Of a stretch of DNA of 64,000 nucleotides, positions 29,084-38,614 are shown piece after piece. The notes under the pieces were generated by a model, which saw only the letters and a program-made list of their open reading frames with translations, did not search any database and was not told the origin of the DNA. This DNA is from an uncultured Bdellovibrio sp. (lineage in GTDB: Bacteria; Bdellovibrionota; Bdellovibrionia; Bdellovibrionales; Bdellovibrionaceae). How positions within the stretch are numbered: the first letter of the stretch is position 1; the number at the start of each line of letters is the position of its first letter. Made by a program: the position numbers and the translations under genes. The stretch is from positions 64,001 to 128,000 of the forward strand of contig CAWVRN010000003.1 of assembly GCA_963932905.1 (NCBI GenBank), read 5' to 3'.

Positions 29084-30967
29084 ATGAAAAACTTAGCTCT
29101 GATTGCCTGGTTCACACTATTTAGTTCCACTTCTTTTGCCCAGTCCCAAGAATCAAAGTCCTCGCCTGAGCTAGTAGTTCATCTTCTTGATTACCTGGCT
29201 AAAGATTATGGCGGCGCCGTTCATGACGGAAAAGTAGTTAGTGCCTCAGAGTATGCAGAGCAAATCGAATTTGCTGATATTGTCAGGAAGAATGCTTTAG
29301 GAACCGAAAAACTAAATACCGACAGTGCCTTTTTGGAAGAGGTTAAATCTCTTCAGGAAATAATTCGATCAAAAGGCTCCACAGACAAAGTTGCTAAACT
29401 TGCCCGCAAACTTCAGCAAGACGCAATCAGGATTGCAAAAATTGATGTTGCACCCAGCAGCACCCCCGATTTATCAAATGGGGCTAAACTATATCAAACA
29501 AGTTGCTCTGCCTGCCATGGAAATACAGGCTTCGGTGACGGAGCTGCTGGAGTGGGACTAGATCCAAAGCCTGCAAACTTTCATGACCTAGACCTAGTTT
29601 GGAATAGCGCTCCCTATAAGTTTTTTAATACTATCCGTCTCGGTGTACCCGGAACAGGAATGGCCGCCTTCGCACAATTGTCTGATAAGGAAATTTGGGA
29701 TTTGGCTTTCTATTTAAAGGCTCTTCCATTTAAAAATAATATTCATAGCCACCGTCCCGCCAAGATAAGCCTTAAAGACACGGCTACCCTTACGGACCAA
29801 GAAATCTCGCTTCAGCTTGGTGACGACAGTAAAGAGACTCGCCATGCAATTGCATCTCTTCGAGCAATCGGCTCGGTGTCTGAAAATGGCAATCCATTAG
29901 AAACGGCTGAAAAACTCCTTTCAGAAAGTGTTGAAGCGGTAAAGTCCGGTGATTACAATAAAGCTAACGAGCTTGCTCTTAGGGCTTATCTAGAAGGTAT
30001 TGAGCCCATAGAGCCAAAGATGAAAGCGAATCTTCCCGGCTTTGTGGAAGAAATTGAAAGCCTCATGAGCGTATATCGCGCGCAACTCAACAGGAAAGAA
30101 TCAATACCTAAAATCGAATCTCAAAAAAAAGAAATTTTCGGAAAGCTTAATGAGGTTAAAAAACTTTTTGCGGAAACGAAAATGTCCCCAGGGGTTGCAT
30201 TCGGAGCTGCTTTTTCAATTTTTCTTCGTGAAGGATTTGAAGCCGTTCTGATTATTATTATTTTGATCAGCATTTTAAAAGCTATGAATCAACCTCAGGC
30301 AATACGATGGGTTCACGTAGGTTGGGCATCTGCAGTCGCTGTAGGAATTGGTGGATGGTTTGCTTCTGGATTACTTTTTTCAATGAGCGGCCTGAGTCGC
30401 GAGCTAATGGAAGGCGGCATCTCACTTCTTGCTGTCATTGTTTTAGTATACGTTGGGTTTTGGCTACATCGATATGCAGAAATGAAGAAATGGCGCGCTT
30501 TTCTTGAGAGCAAACTTAAGGCGGGCCTTACCAAAGGAAACTCCTTTGGGTTAGCGGTCGTAGCATTTATGGCCGTCTTTCGCGAGGCATTTGAGGTTGT
30601 CTTATTTCTTCGCGCAATCTGGATAGATCTTGACCCTTCAGGACAAAATGTGGCTGGGCTTGGAATTCTGGCATCACTTGTGATCCTAGTTGTACTTTCA
30701 TACTTTGCCATTAGAGAAAGTAGGAAACTTCCTTTGGGAGTACTTTTTCAAGTTTGCTCTTGGACAATGATGGCTTTAGCTATAATCTTGATCGGCAAAG
30801 GAATTCATTCACTACAAGAAGCCGGCTTCATTGGCATTAACCCAGCGGGCGTTGCCGTTCGGATTGACTTGCTAGGAATATACCCGAGCTATCAGACGTT
30901 GTTTGCACAACTAATTCTTATATGCCTATTTGCGGTCTTGCTATTAAAAGACCGCAAAAATCAATGA
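29084..30967 (+). CDS. Cytochrome c / FTR1-family iron permease (PbrT-like)
   Basis: LLDYLAKDY...EYAEQ, CSACH, two RExxE motifs (REGFE, REAFE). Confidence 0.88.
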   Translation: MKNLALIAWFTLFSSTSFAQSQESKSSPELVVHLLDYLAKDYGGAVHDGKVVSASEYAEQIEFADIVRKNALGTEKLNTDSAFLEEVKSLQEIIRSKGSTDKVAKLARKLQQDAIRIAKIDVAPSSTPDLSNGAKLYQTSCSACHGNTGFGDGAAGVGLDPKPANFHDLDLVWNSAPYKFFNTIRLGVPGTGMAAFAQLSDKEIWDLAFYLKALPFKNNIHSHRPAKISLKDTATLTDQEISLQLGDDSKETRHAIASLRAIGSVSENGNPLETAEKLLSESVEAVKSGDYNKANELALRAYLEGIEPIEPKMKANLPGFVEEIESLMSVYRAQLNRKESIPKIESQKKEIFGKLNEVKKLFAETKMSPGVAFGAAFSIFLREGFEAVLIIIILISILKAMNQPQAIRWVHVGWASAVAVGIGGWFASGLLFSMSGLSRELMEGGISLLAVIVLVYVGFWLHRYAEMKKWRAFLESKLKAGLTKGNSFGLAVVAFMAVFREAFEVVLFLRAIWIDLDPSGQNVAGLGILASLVILVVLSYFAIRESRKLPLGVLFQVCSWTMMALAIILIGKGIHSLQEAGFIGINPAGVAVRIDLLGIYPSYQTLFAQLILICLFAVLLLKDRKNQ

Positions 30968-31592
30968 TTCTTCTTTGAACTAAAAAGCAATTCGAAGACT
31001 GTGGTTATCCCTAACAGCAACAGCCTGGCAGATGTTGAAGTATTGCATACTTATATTTCGATATGAGATCTTATTCCTTATGCTTATCAGAAAGAAGCGA
31101 AAATTTTAGCTGCATAAGAAAAAGAATTCCTGACAACATTCCAAATGGTAAACCTGGCCCCTCACATCCCTTTTCAAGTATGATCCCGTTTTCGCTAGCA
31201 TATCTTTTATATGTTAGGAGTAGCATTAGCGAAACTGCCATAGATAAAAACCATTGAAATATAATAATGATGTTGGAATTCCATCTTACTTTTGGAACTC
31301 TTACTTCCACGGCCTCAATCAAAAACTGCATTTGGTTTGAAAACGGCTTCATCACTTTAATAGTGTTGCCTCAGGATACTATTGTCAATTTGTGTCCCGA
31401 CTCGTTTATGACTACGGACGTTCTAATATTGTAGTGATCACTAAAAGAGAGTCTCTTGTATTTATCGAGTATAGTATTGACCCTTACTGCTCATCATGTT
31501 TATCATCTTTGAAGATGGATAATTTGAGAACCGTGTTTATAGAAATACCAATTGTTCTATTTTTTTTTGGAATCAAAACAGGTAAATAATCA

Positions 31593-31976
31593 ATGAATTG
31601 CCTTAGCAAAATCGTACGGAATAGTTTAAATACACTCTCGATATTCATGATTTTTGTTCTTGCGACCGTTGCCATTCAACCCGAAATTGATCGGTGCATG
31701 GATACTTCATTACTTGGATCACTTGATAAACCTCCAAATTCTGGAAGCAAGGTAATGATTCTCGAATTATCTGAACGCAATTCTTCTGAAACAAACCAAT
31801 CTAAATTACCATTCAACTTTTTTTGCCATCAAGGGGACCTTTGCCATTTAGCATTCATGTCTATACATAATTACGTTTCACCCCTAGTAAAAAAGACACC
31901 TCAATCGGTAGTTTTTTTGCCTCCCATGCAACCGGATTTAGATGGGCCTTTTCAGCCGCCAAAAATCCAGATTTAA
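31593..31976 (+). CDS. Putative exported metal-sensing leader protein (DUF2946/CutF/CzcI-like architecture)
   Basis: Hydrophobic N-terminal segment, CHQGDLCH, Pro-rich end PPMQPDLDGPFQPPK. Confidence 0.5.
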   Translation: MNCLSKIVRNSLNTLSIFMIFVLATVAIQPEIDRCMDTSLLGSLDKPPNSGSKVMILELSERNSSETNQSKLPFNFFCHQGDLCHLAFMSIHNYVSPLVKKTPQSVVFLPPMQPDLDGPFQPPKIQI

Positions 31977-32018
31977 TTTTACCATCTGAAAATTAAATCT
32001 TAACTATTACTGAAAAGG
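31947..32018 (+). promoter_or_regulatory. Predicted SD-sequestering RNA structure
   Basis: CCTTTTCAG (31947-31955) complementary to CTGAAAAGG (32010-32018, SD region); encloses the 12-8-12 hairpin AGATTTAATTTT/AAAATTAAATCT (31969-32000). Confidence 0.5.
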
Positions 32019-32025
32019 AAAAAAA

Positions 32026-32382
32026 ATGAAACATTTAGTATTTATTATTCTATTGTCTATTGGATTTACAGCTTGCTCTTCAATGGAGAAATTCAGCCCC
32101 GGAGATCAAACCTCTAAAGGCATTCAATTTCGCAAGGGTTCTGAAAAGGGTGTCAAAGTCGGCGATAAAATTCGTGCTTATAAGCGGTATTGTGGCTCTG
32201 CAAATGTTGGGTCTAAAGGATGTCGCTTCGAAACAATTGGATTTCTGACGGTTACTCATACTGAAGACAATTCCTCTATTTTAAGAAAGGAAGGAGATTT
32301 TGCGCTTTCAGAAGATGTCTATTTGGAAAAGGATAATGATTGTCCCCCAAGAAGGACGAAATCAGATCCTATCTGCATGTAA
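32026..32382 (+). CDS. Hypothetical lipoprotein, paralog of 2591-2950
   Basis: Lipobox FTAC; shared motifs and Cys spacing. Confidence 0.7.
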   Translation: MKHLVFIILLSIGFTACSSMEKFSPGDQTSKGIQFRKGSEKGVKVGDKIRAYKRYCGSANVGSKGCRFETIGFLTVTHTEDNSSILRKEGDFALSEDVYLEKDNDCPPRRTKSDPICM

Positions 32383-32394
32383 ACCTTGTTTTTC

Positions 32395-32416
32395 GAGCCG
32401 GCCTTTATGCCGGCTC
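32395..32416. terminator. Terminator-like hairpin
   Basis: GAGCCGGC-CTTTAT-GCCGGCTC between convergent genes. Confidence 0.55.
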
Positions 32417-32488
32417 CTTCAAAAAACATCTTACGAGCACTCATTGACTGGTAGTTGCCGACGCCATCCAAATCTAACATTTTTTAGC

Positions 32489-32953
32489 TTAAGTAAGCAG
32501 ACTATCTAGATAAACAATCACAATAAAATTATTTTTGCACCAATATGCCCAGTCGCTCTCTTTTATATTACCATGACCAGAACGACATGGTCCAAGATCA
32601 CTCGGATGATCCCATTTATAATTCACAAGATATCTGCCACGGTTATAGATCATTCTTCCACTTTTATCAAAAATAGCAAATCGATCAGAGGAAGTAACAT
32701 CGTAAAGAAACCCATAAGAAAGTCTCTCTTTGTTGGGTAACTTTTCTATTTCACCTTCTGAAAGAGCTACAACCCCAGCGAACCCACCTTCCATTCCTGT
32801 TTCATGATGTGTATTCAAAGTTCCTCGAAGGTATGATTTTGGGTCAAATCCCTCAATACCCCTTAGATCCTGATCCGTTACAAATGGGACATTCTCCTTC
32901 GAATGCCGATTCTCTTTCCTTCCGGACAAAATTTCCTTAGAATACTCTAACAC
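32489..32953 (-). CDS. Hypothetical protein
   Basis: 154-aa ORF, GTG start with GGGAGG RBS; no recognised motif. Confidence 0.55.
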   Translation of the reverse strand: MLEYSKEILSGRKENRHSKENVPFVTDQDLRGIEGFDPKSYLRGTLNTHHETGMEGGFAGVVALSEGEIEKLPNKERLSYGFLYDVTSSDRFAIFDKSGRMIYNRGRYLVNYKWDHPSDLGPCRSGHGNIKESDWAYWCKNNFIVIVYLDSLLT

Positions 32954-33052
32954 TTACCCTCCCCGTTGAGTTTACTGAGCATTACCTATGAATTGACGAT
33001 TTAATTTAAACATACTTATTTGCTCTCTACTTTTTCTATCAAACGCATGACT

Positions 33053-34054
33053 CTAAAGATTAGAAACAAGCGAAACACGATATAATGCCGATTTACCTGT
33101 AAAAGCATTTGATTCGCCTGAAATTTCAAAAAATTTATTCAAATACAAGTACCCTGACGCTAGCATTTTTTCCGTTACACCTGCATCGCACCATCCAGTT
33201 GTGTAAAATTCAGCGTGGCGATCTATATCTTTTTTAAGCCCCTCAAGAGGGATAGCCGTCGATTCAAAACTTTTTTCTTTTAGCCAAAACAACTCGGGGT
33301 TGCCAGCATATTTAAAGTAAAACGGTATGTCGCCGCGACTTAGTTGTGTAATTTCGGATTCCAGAATATTAGCAGGTAGACTATTAAAAATATTTCTATA
33401 CTCCGAGGTATTTCGAACAATCACTCGAATTGGATGATTTCTTAAATCCTGGCTACTAAGAACAACATCTATTTCCTTCTTTTTTTTAATCACAAGATCA
33501 AACAAATCCAAATATCCGTTCAATATTTCCTGTTTCTGTTCAGAGGTATGCTCTGATTTGCCATTTGCAAAAACACCAATACCGGCGAGTTCATACCCGA
33601 TATGTTTGAAAGGCAGCAAAAGAGTTTCACTTGGCAAAACAAGTTGAGTAAACACAACTTCCACATCGACAGCTTGAAAATGGGTTTCAGTTTTAATTAA
33701 ATTTTGCTTATGTAAATCTCTGATGCCAAAAATATAACAGTACGCAACTAAGGCACCAAAAGCGTAGAAATGCTCATTGGTAATCGCGCCAGGCCATTCA
33801 ACCACTTCTCTAGACCGCCCCCGCCACTTTTCAAGTATTTCTACCTCAAGATTGAAAAGATAGTGAGAAAGCGGCTTATATTGATCGCGCCCTTTAGAAC
33901 AAAAAATATCTCTAAGTGGACTTGATTGCCCAAAGAATAACCACTCCCAGTATACCGATCTGGGTTTTTCAAAATAAAAGCAAGGTAAGGCGTCCGTGCC
34001 TTGCTGAACTCTTTTGACCTCTTGTCCGAAGTTGTGTTTATCCGCTAAAAACAC
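33053..34054 (-). CDS. Stand-alone LanM-type dehydratase domain protein (DUF4135)
   Basis: KPRS, GIRDLHKQN, VDVEVVF, RVIVRNT..Y and EITQLSRGDIPFYF match LanM N-domain motifs; no LanC domain. Confidence 0.8.
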   Translation of the reverse strand: MFLADKHNFGQEVKRVQQGTDALPCFYFEKPRSVYWEWLFFGQSSPLRDIFCSKGRDQYKPLSHYLFNLEVEILEKWRGRSREVVEWPGAITNEHFYAFGALVAYCYIFGIRDLHKQNLIKTETHFQAVDVEVVFTQLVLPSETLLLPFKHIGYELAGIGVFANGKSEHTSEQKQEILNGYLDLFDLVIKKKKEIDVVLSSQDLRNHPIRVIVRNTSEYRNIFNSLPANILESEITQLSRGDIPFYFKYAGNPELFWLKEKSFESTAIPLEGLKKDIDRHAEFYTTGWCDAGVTEKMLASGYLYLNKFFEISGESNAFTGKSALYRVSLVSNL

Positions 34055-34059
34055 AACGT

Positions 34060-34140
34060 CTAGCCCGCAGAGCTAAGTCCGGCCGTGTGGCCTTCTGCTT
34101 CGGCTTCTAACGCCTCTAGGTCGATGTAAACTATTTCCAT
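34060..34140 (-). CDS. Putative RiPP precursor peptide, 26 aa MEIVYIDLEALEAEAEGHTAGLSSAG (not in the ORF track)
   Basis: ATG at 34140 with GGGAGG RBS, TAG at 34062-34060, ending 5 nt before the DUF4135 start; acidic leader plus Ser/Thr-containing tail. Confidence 0.7.
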   Translation of the reverse strand: MEIVYIDLEALEAEAEGHTAGLSSAG

Positions 34141-34168
34141 ATACCCTCCCTTTGATGGGTTATTTCCC

Positions 34169-35941
34169 TTAGTGCACAAACGCAGAAGTGATTTGATTTT
34201 CAAAATCAAATTCAACTTCAGAAAGTGTATCTTTTGGGATTATTTTTACTTTTAAATTACGTGCTCGACTTCTGACTGTCTGGTCATCATGCATGCCAGT
34301 GACAAGAAAACTCTCAAACGCAAGACCATGTCGTTCAATAAGGTCCAATCCATTTGATTTTGATTTTAAATCATAATCCATCAAAAAAAGTCGTGATGAA
34401 AATACGTCATTTTGATTCATCAATAACCAACGTTCAAGTTCCATATCCGAGTATAAATGTACAACTTTTAATTTATCGATATCACGTTGAATAATATGGT
34501 CCCACGTTTTATGAATTAAATCATCATCATCAACAATGACTAACTCCTGACCATGAAAAAGCTTGATCAGCCGATCTTGATTGAATTTGTTCAATCTTTT
34601 CATCGTAGAGTATGGAATCGTTAAAGTTACATTTGTTCCGACACCGTCTTCAGAAGATATCTCCACCTGACCTTTAAAGGTTTCAACAATCTTCCTAACG
34701 TGAAAAAGCCCAAGACCGCTACCGTTCATCTTTCCAAATGTCGCGCCTTCTTTCATCAGTTTAGGAAGCACATCCTTTGGAATTCCTATGCCGGAATCTT
34801 TAATTACAAATAAAATATTTTCTTCATTTTTGTTCAGACTAAGATCTATTTGGCCTTTATCTGAAATGGCCTCAATAGAGTTAGTCATTAAATTAATTAG
34901 GGCCAACGTCATCTGACTTTCCGATCCCTGCACAACTATTTTTGAGCCTGCACTATTGATAAAATCTATTTTGATCGATGTTTTCCCATTAAATTTGAGT
35001 TCATTTCTTTTTTGCTCAACAACTTGGCTGATCACATGGACCAAATCAAATTCACTTTCTTTATTAGACTCTATAGCCAAATTTGAGCTAATTAGATTTT
35101 TCGAAACTGACGAAATTTGATCAACTATTTTTTTTAGAGCTTCTTTATCGATGACCCTATTATCACTTGAGTTGTTTAAATAAATTGAAAGTGCACTTAA
35201 CGACCCATTCAGCGCATGACTGACTTGTTTTGCCATTTCAAGCTGACCTTCTGAGAATTTCTTTTGAGCCACTTCACACTCAAGTTGGTTTATGCGCAAA
35301 AAAAGTCGTGCTAATGACGAATCAAGTCTTTTCAATTCGTCTATTTGTGAATCCTTAGACTGAAAGCCGATCTTTGCAAAATCAGATAAATTACCTTCAG
35401 CTTGTATTAGCTTTTCAACTCGCTTCTCAAGCGGCTTTGCAATTTCGTTAGCTGCCCTTGATAGACTCTTTTTTAAACTCAAATACACAAAAACAAAAAA
35501 TACCGTAAACACCGAAATTACGATAAGCAAACGAAATAAGGGACTTTTAAGATCCGTTTCGATTTCCAAATTCATCATTTGTCCATTCGGTAAAATTTCA
35601 GAATAAGAGTCTTTCGAAGATAACATTCCAAAACTTGTAAGTGATCCAGCGTGAGCCCAATGTCGTTGATCTAAATACAGATTTACTCTGACGGGAAATT
35701 CCTGAGTTCTTGACCATGTATCAACAATTCTATTTAACTCACCATCAAAATTAAAGGTGTTTTGACTAGTCACCTGCGCGACTATTATTTCTTTTAGATG
35801 AGATACGATGAATCGCTTAGATTGCTCTTTGTTATACATACTCCACACTAGAGCATATATCACTATACCAACGACAGCAGCCACTAGGCTAATCGTAAGA
35901 ATAGTTTTTACTTTCTGGTTGATCAGTTTAGATAATTTCAA
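34169..35941 (-). CDS. Membrane hybrid sensor histidine kinase
   Basis: Two TM segments around a periplasmic domain; QVSH H-box; NLMTNS, DSGIG, GSGLGL; C-terminal receiver-like IVDDD...MDYD. Confidence 0.88.
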   Translation of the reverse strand: MKLSKLINQKVKTILTISLVAAVVGIVIYALVWSMYNKEQSKRFIVSHLKEIIVAQVTSQNTFNFDGELNRIVDTWSRTQEFPVRVNLYLDQRHWAHAGSLTSFGMLSSKDSYSEILPNGQMMNLEIETDLKSPLFRLLIVISVFTVFFVFVYLSLKKSLSRAANEIAKPLEKRVEKLIQAEGNLSDFAKIGFQSKDSQIDELKRLDSSLARLFLRINQLECEVAQKKFSEGQLEMAKQVSHALNGSLSALSIYLNNSSDNRVIDKEALKKIVDQISSVSKNLISSNLAIESNKESEFDLVHVISQVVEQKRNELKFNGKTSIKIDFINSAGSKIVVQGSESQMTLALINLMTNSIEAISDKGQIDLSLNKNEENILFVIKDSGIGIPKDVLPKLMKEGATFGKMNGSGLGLFHVRKIVETFKGQVEISSEDGVGTNVTLTIPYSTMKRLNKFNQDRLIKLFHGQELVIVDDDDLIHKTWDHIIQRDIDKLKVVHLYSDMELERWLLMNQNDVFSSRLFLMDYDLKSKSNGLDLIERHGLAFESFLVTGMHDDQTVRSRARNLKVKIIPKDTLSEVEFDFENQITSAFVH

Positions 35942-37455
35942 TTTGACCTCATCAAAATCGTTTCAAATGGCATCGTATGAAATCCAAGCGGATGCGCGGG
36001 AATCATTTCAACTTTGTCACTCCAAAGACCCGAAGCCGGTGTTCCAAAGTAAAGTGGAATATTTGTGTAGTGAGCAAGTATTAATTTTTGAATATCTTGA
36101 TACTTTCTAGCTCTTTTTTCTTGGCTGAACTCTTTGGCCGAACTGGCAATCATCGCATCGATTTTGGGATCATCGCAATGAAAGTAATTCGACTCGTATT
36201 TTCCCTTAAAATAGGTCAGCACAGAATAGCCGTCAGGATAGTCAGTGCCTTTGCGACTTACCGTAGCTTCGGCGGTTTTTGAAAACATCCGGGTGAGTTT
36301 TTCTCCTCGAGAGAATTCTTTAAGGACCACTTCGATTTTATCGGTGGTCCACTTTTCTTTAAGATACTCAGCTAATTTTTTGTCAAAATCAGAACCCGCT
36401 AAATAATCAAGCACAAAAGAAACTTTTTTGCCAGCATACGGATTAACATTTTGCTCAAGAACGGGTTTTTCTAATATAGCACCGTAAAATCCGTTTGGAA
36501 TGAGGCCAAACGCTGGGATCAGCTTTTCATTGCCTAATGCCTTAACAAGGTCCTTTTGACTAATTTTATAATAAAGTTCTCGCCGTACTTCAAAAGGTAC
36601 AAACTTAGGATTCAAGATAACAAATGATTCATAGGTTAATTCGGTGGGACTAGACGACCAGCCTTTTTTCTTCAGGGCCGCCGTCGATTGAGCATCTACT
36701 TTGTCGGTATCTAAAGAATCAGTGCGTTCAGCCATCGCTAAATCCACTGGATTCTCTTTAGTTGTAAAAAATGAGATTACTTGTGGAGGGCGCTCACTAT
36801 CGATGTCATCTTTACGCCATTTCTCTAGAGTATACTTTGAAATCTCCACTTTTTTAAGTTTGTAAGGTCCACTAAATCCACCTTCTATCGATAAATTAGG
36901 GTTTAATTTAAAATCCTCAATATCAAGTATCGCGCAATCAACAACTGCCAGTTGTTTTAAAAATAGCGCTGAGGGGTGCGACAACACAATTTGGACTTCA
37001 GAAGGATTTTTTACTTTTACCCCAAATTTTTTTAGATCCCAGGATTTTTTAAACTCCGCTGCTCCTGAAATCACATCGATATCTGCGGCCATGGACGAAC
37101 CTAGGTAAAACAGGCGCGCAAGACTCATCTGTACATGAGTGGCAGTAATTTTCTTACCGTTGGAAAAGTTTAACTCTTTAAGTTTTATGGTATAGTTTAA
37201 TTGATCGCTCGATTCAACCCAAGACTCGGCAAGATCCGTAAGAACATCACCGTTTTGATTATATCGAAAAAGCCCACGATGGAGTTGCATTGCGATCATC
37301 ATCGAAAACGCGTCTTCCATCCGCTGAGGATCAATTTGTAAATTCACATCAGGTAAATGAATATTTAAAGTCATGTTTTCCTTTCGCTCCTGTGTGCATG
37401 CGGTCACTATCACTGTCGCTAGCACCAAAATAATTCTAAAGAGCCGGGCGATCAC
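35938..37455 (-). CDS. Family 5 (OppA/DppA-like) substrate-binding lipoprotein
   Basis: Lipobox VTAC; IDP, GLFRY, DLAESW, FSNG..ITA..V..S, SGPY motifs. Confidence 0.85.
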   Translation of the reverse strand: MIARLFRIILVLATVIVTACTQERKENMTLNIHLPDVNLQIDPQRMEDAFSMMIAMQLHRGLFRYNQNGDVLTDLAESWVESSDQLNYTIKLKELNFSNGKKITATHVQMSLARLFYLGSSMAADIDVISGAAEFKKSWDLKKFGVKVKNPSEVQIVLSHPSALFLKQLAVVDCAILDIEDFKLNPNLSIEGGFSGPYKLKKVEISKYTLEKWRKDDIDSERPPQVISFFTTKENPVDLAMAERTDSLDTDKVDAQSTAALKKKGWSSSPTELTYESFVILNPKFVPFEVRRELYYKISQKDLVKALGNEKLIPAFGLIPNGFYGAILEKPVLEQNVNPYAGKKVSFVLDYLAGSDFDKKLAEYLKEKWTTDKIEVVLKEFSRGEKLTRMFSKTAEATVSRKGTDYPDGYSVLTYFKGKYESNYFHCDDPKIDAMIASSAKEFSQEKRARKYQDIQKLILAHYTNIPLYFGTPASGLWSDKVEMIPAHPLGFHTMPFETILMRSN

Positions 37456-38614
37456 TTAATACCTCTATTTTTTTCGCACTACTTGATACAACCAATCCGA
37501 TACCAATGCTTATTGCCACTACGGCACGAAGAATTGTTTCCGTTTTCAGTGATACGGTATTTGACCACGATCCTACTAAAATTTCGCCAAGGGATAATAT
37601 AACAACCATAATTGCAAATCGAGCACTCGAAACAGCACCAATAGCCGATACCGGCGTGTCGGCTTGGATATGGCCTGATATTCGATGTAAGATAATCCAG
37701 TAGGATATATCTTTGACAAACATCACAAAAAGGGTCTCTGTATTCGGTCCACCGATTTGACCAAGAAGTAAATAAGATCCTCCAAGTACAAACCAAAATG
37801 GAATAGAGCTAAATTTCTTGGCAAACGATCTTTCCATGAATCCTGCAATCCAAACTGACAGGCCATAGCTTGTAAGAAACAATGCGTTCCAAATCGCACT
37901 CTCTCCAGAAACTCGGGCAAAAAATGAAATCAATCCGCCAACGGATACAGCAAGTCCTATATCAAGCACTGCCGCTCGTTTGTTGAATTCAAAATGCTCT
38001 TTAAATTTTTCACTCCACGATGGAGTTCCTAGTTTTGATTGATTCACGTTCTCTTCGTCAGGCATAAAATAAACTATGAGTCCGTTTATCAAAAATGATA
38101 CAAAATCAATTAAGATGGCTATTTTAAGTGAAAGATACTGAATCAGCACTAAGCCAATTAGCCCCGCAAATAGTGTGGCCCCTTGGCTCGCTTTCATTTG
38201 CCAAATGGCGTGTTTTGCATTGGAATCATAACTGTCATCACTTAACAATTTTGATAGTTTAACTCGACTACCAGTTTGGAAATTAACTAACACGGCTCTT
38301 AGAACACACAGACCTAGAAACAAAATATAATTTGTCTGAGACTCATTCCACGCCCAAAACAGCAACAAAGATAAAATACCCGCAAACACCTCAAGAACAA
38401 CCACGGTCTTTTTTGCGCTGAACTGATCTGCCAAGTGCCCCCAGGCTCCAAGAATAAATACCGGTATAAAGCGTTGAAGCCCCAAAATTAGACTTATCTG
38501 TCCTAGATCAAAACCAGCTTTTGGCATGAAGGCCACAAGGCATAGATTAAAAGCAAGACTTCCCATGGAAGAGAGAAACTGCCCTAAATAAAAAAGAAAA
38601 GCCTTGTTTATCAT
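37436..38614 (-). CDS. MFS transporter (exporter-like)
   Basis: About 12 hydrophobic segments, GQFLSSMG start, GHLADQF loop motif. Confidence 0.75.
   Translation of the reverse strand: MINKAFLFYLGQFLSSMGSLAFNLCLVAFMPKAGFDLGQISLILGLQRFIPVFILGAWGHLADQFSAKKTVVVLEVFAGILSLLLFWAWNESQTNYILFLGLCVLRAVLVNFQTGSRVKLSKLLSDDSYDSNAKHAIWQMKASQGATLFAGLIGLVLIQYLSLKIAILIDFVSFLINGLIVYFMPDEENVNQSKLGTPSWSEKFKEHFEFNKRAAVLDIGLAVSVGGLISFFARVSGESAIWNALFLTSYGLSVWIAGFMERSFAKKFSSIPFWFVLGGSYLLLGQIGGPNTETLFVMFVKDISYWIILHRISGHIQADTPVSAIGAVSSARFAIMVVILSLGEILVGSWSNTVSLKTETILRAVVAISIGIGLVVSSSAKKIEVLSDRPAL

Noticed and set aside
31063..31589. Short ORFs between the FTR1 gene and the leader ORF
   Set aside because: No RBS or family motif recognised; possibly a degraded membrane-protein remnant but unsupported
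33053..34140. Classical class II lanthipeptide cluster
   Set aside because: No LanC cyclase domain, no Cys in the peptide, no LanT/LanP
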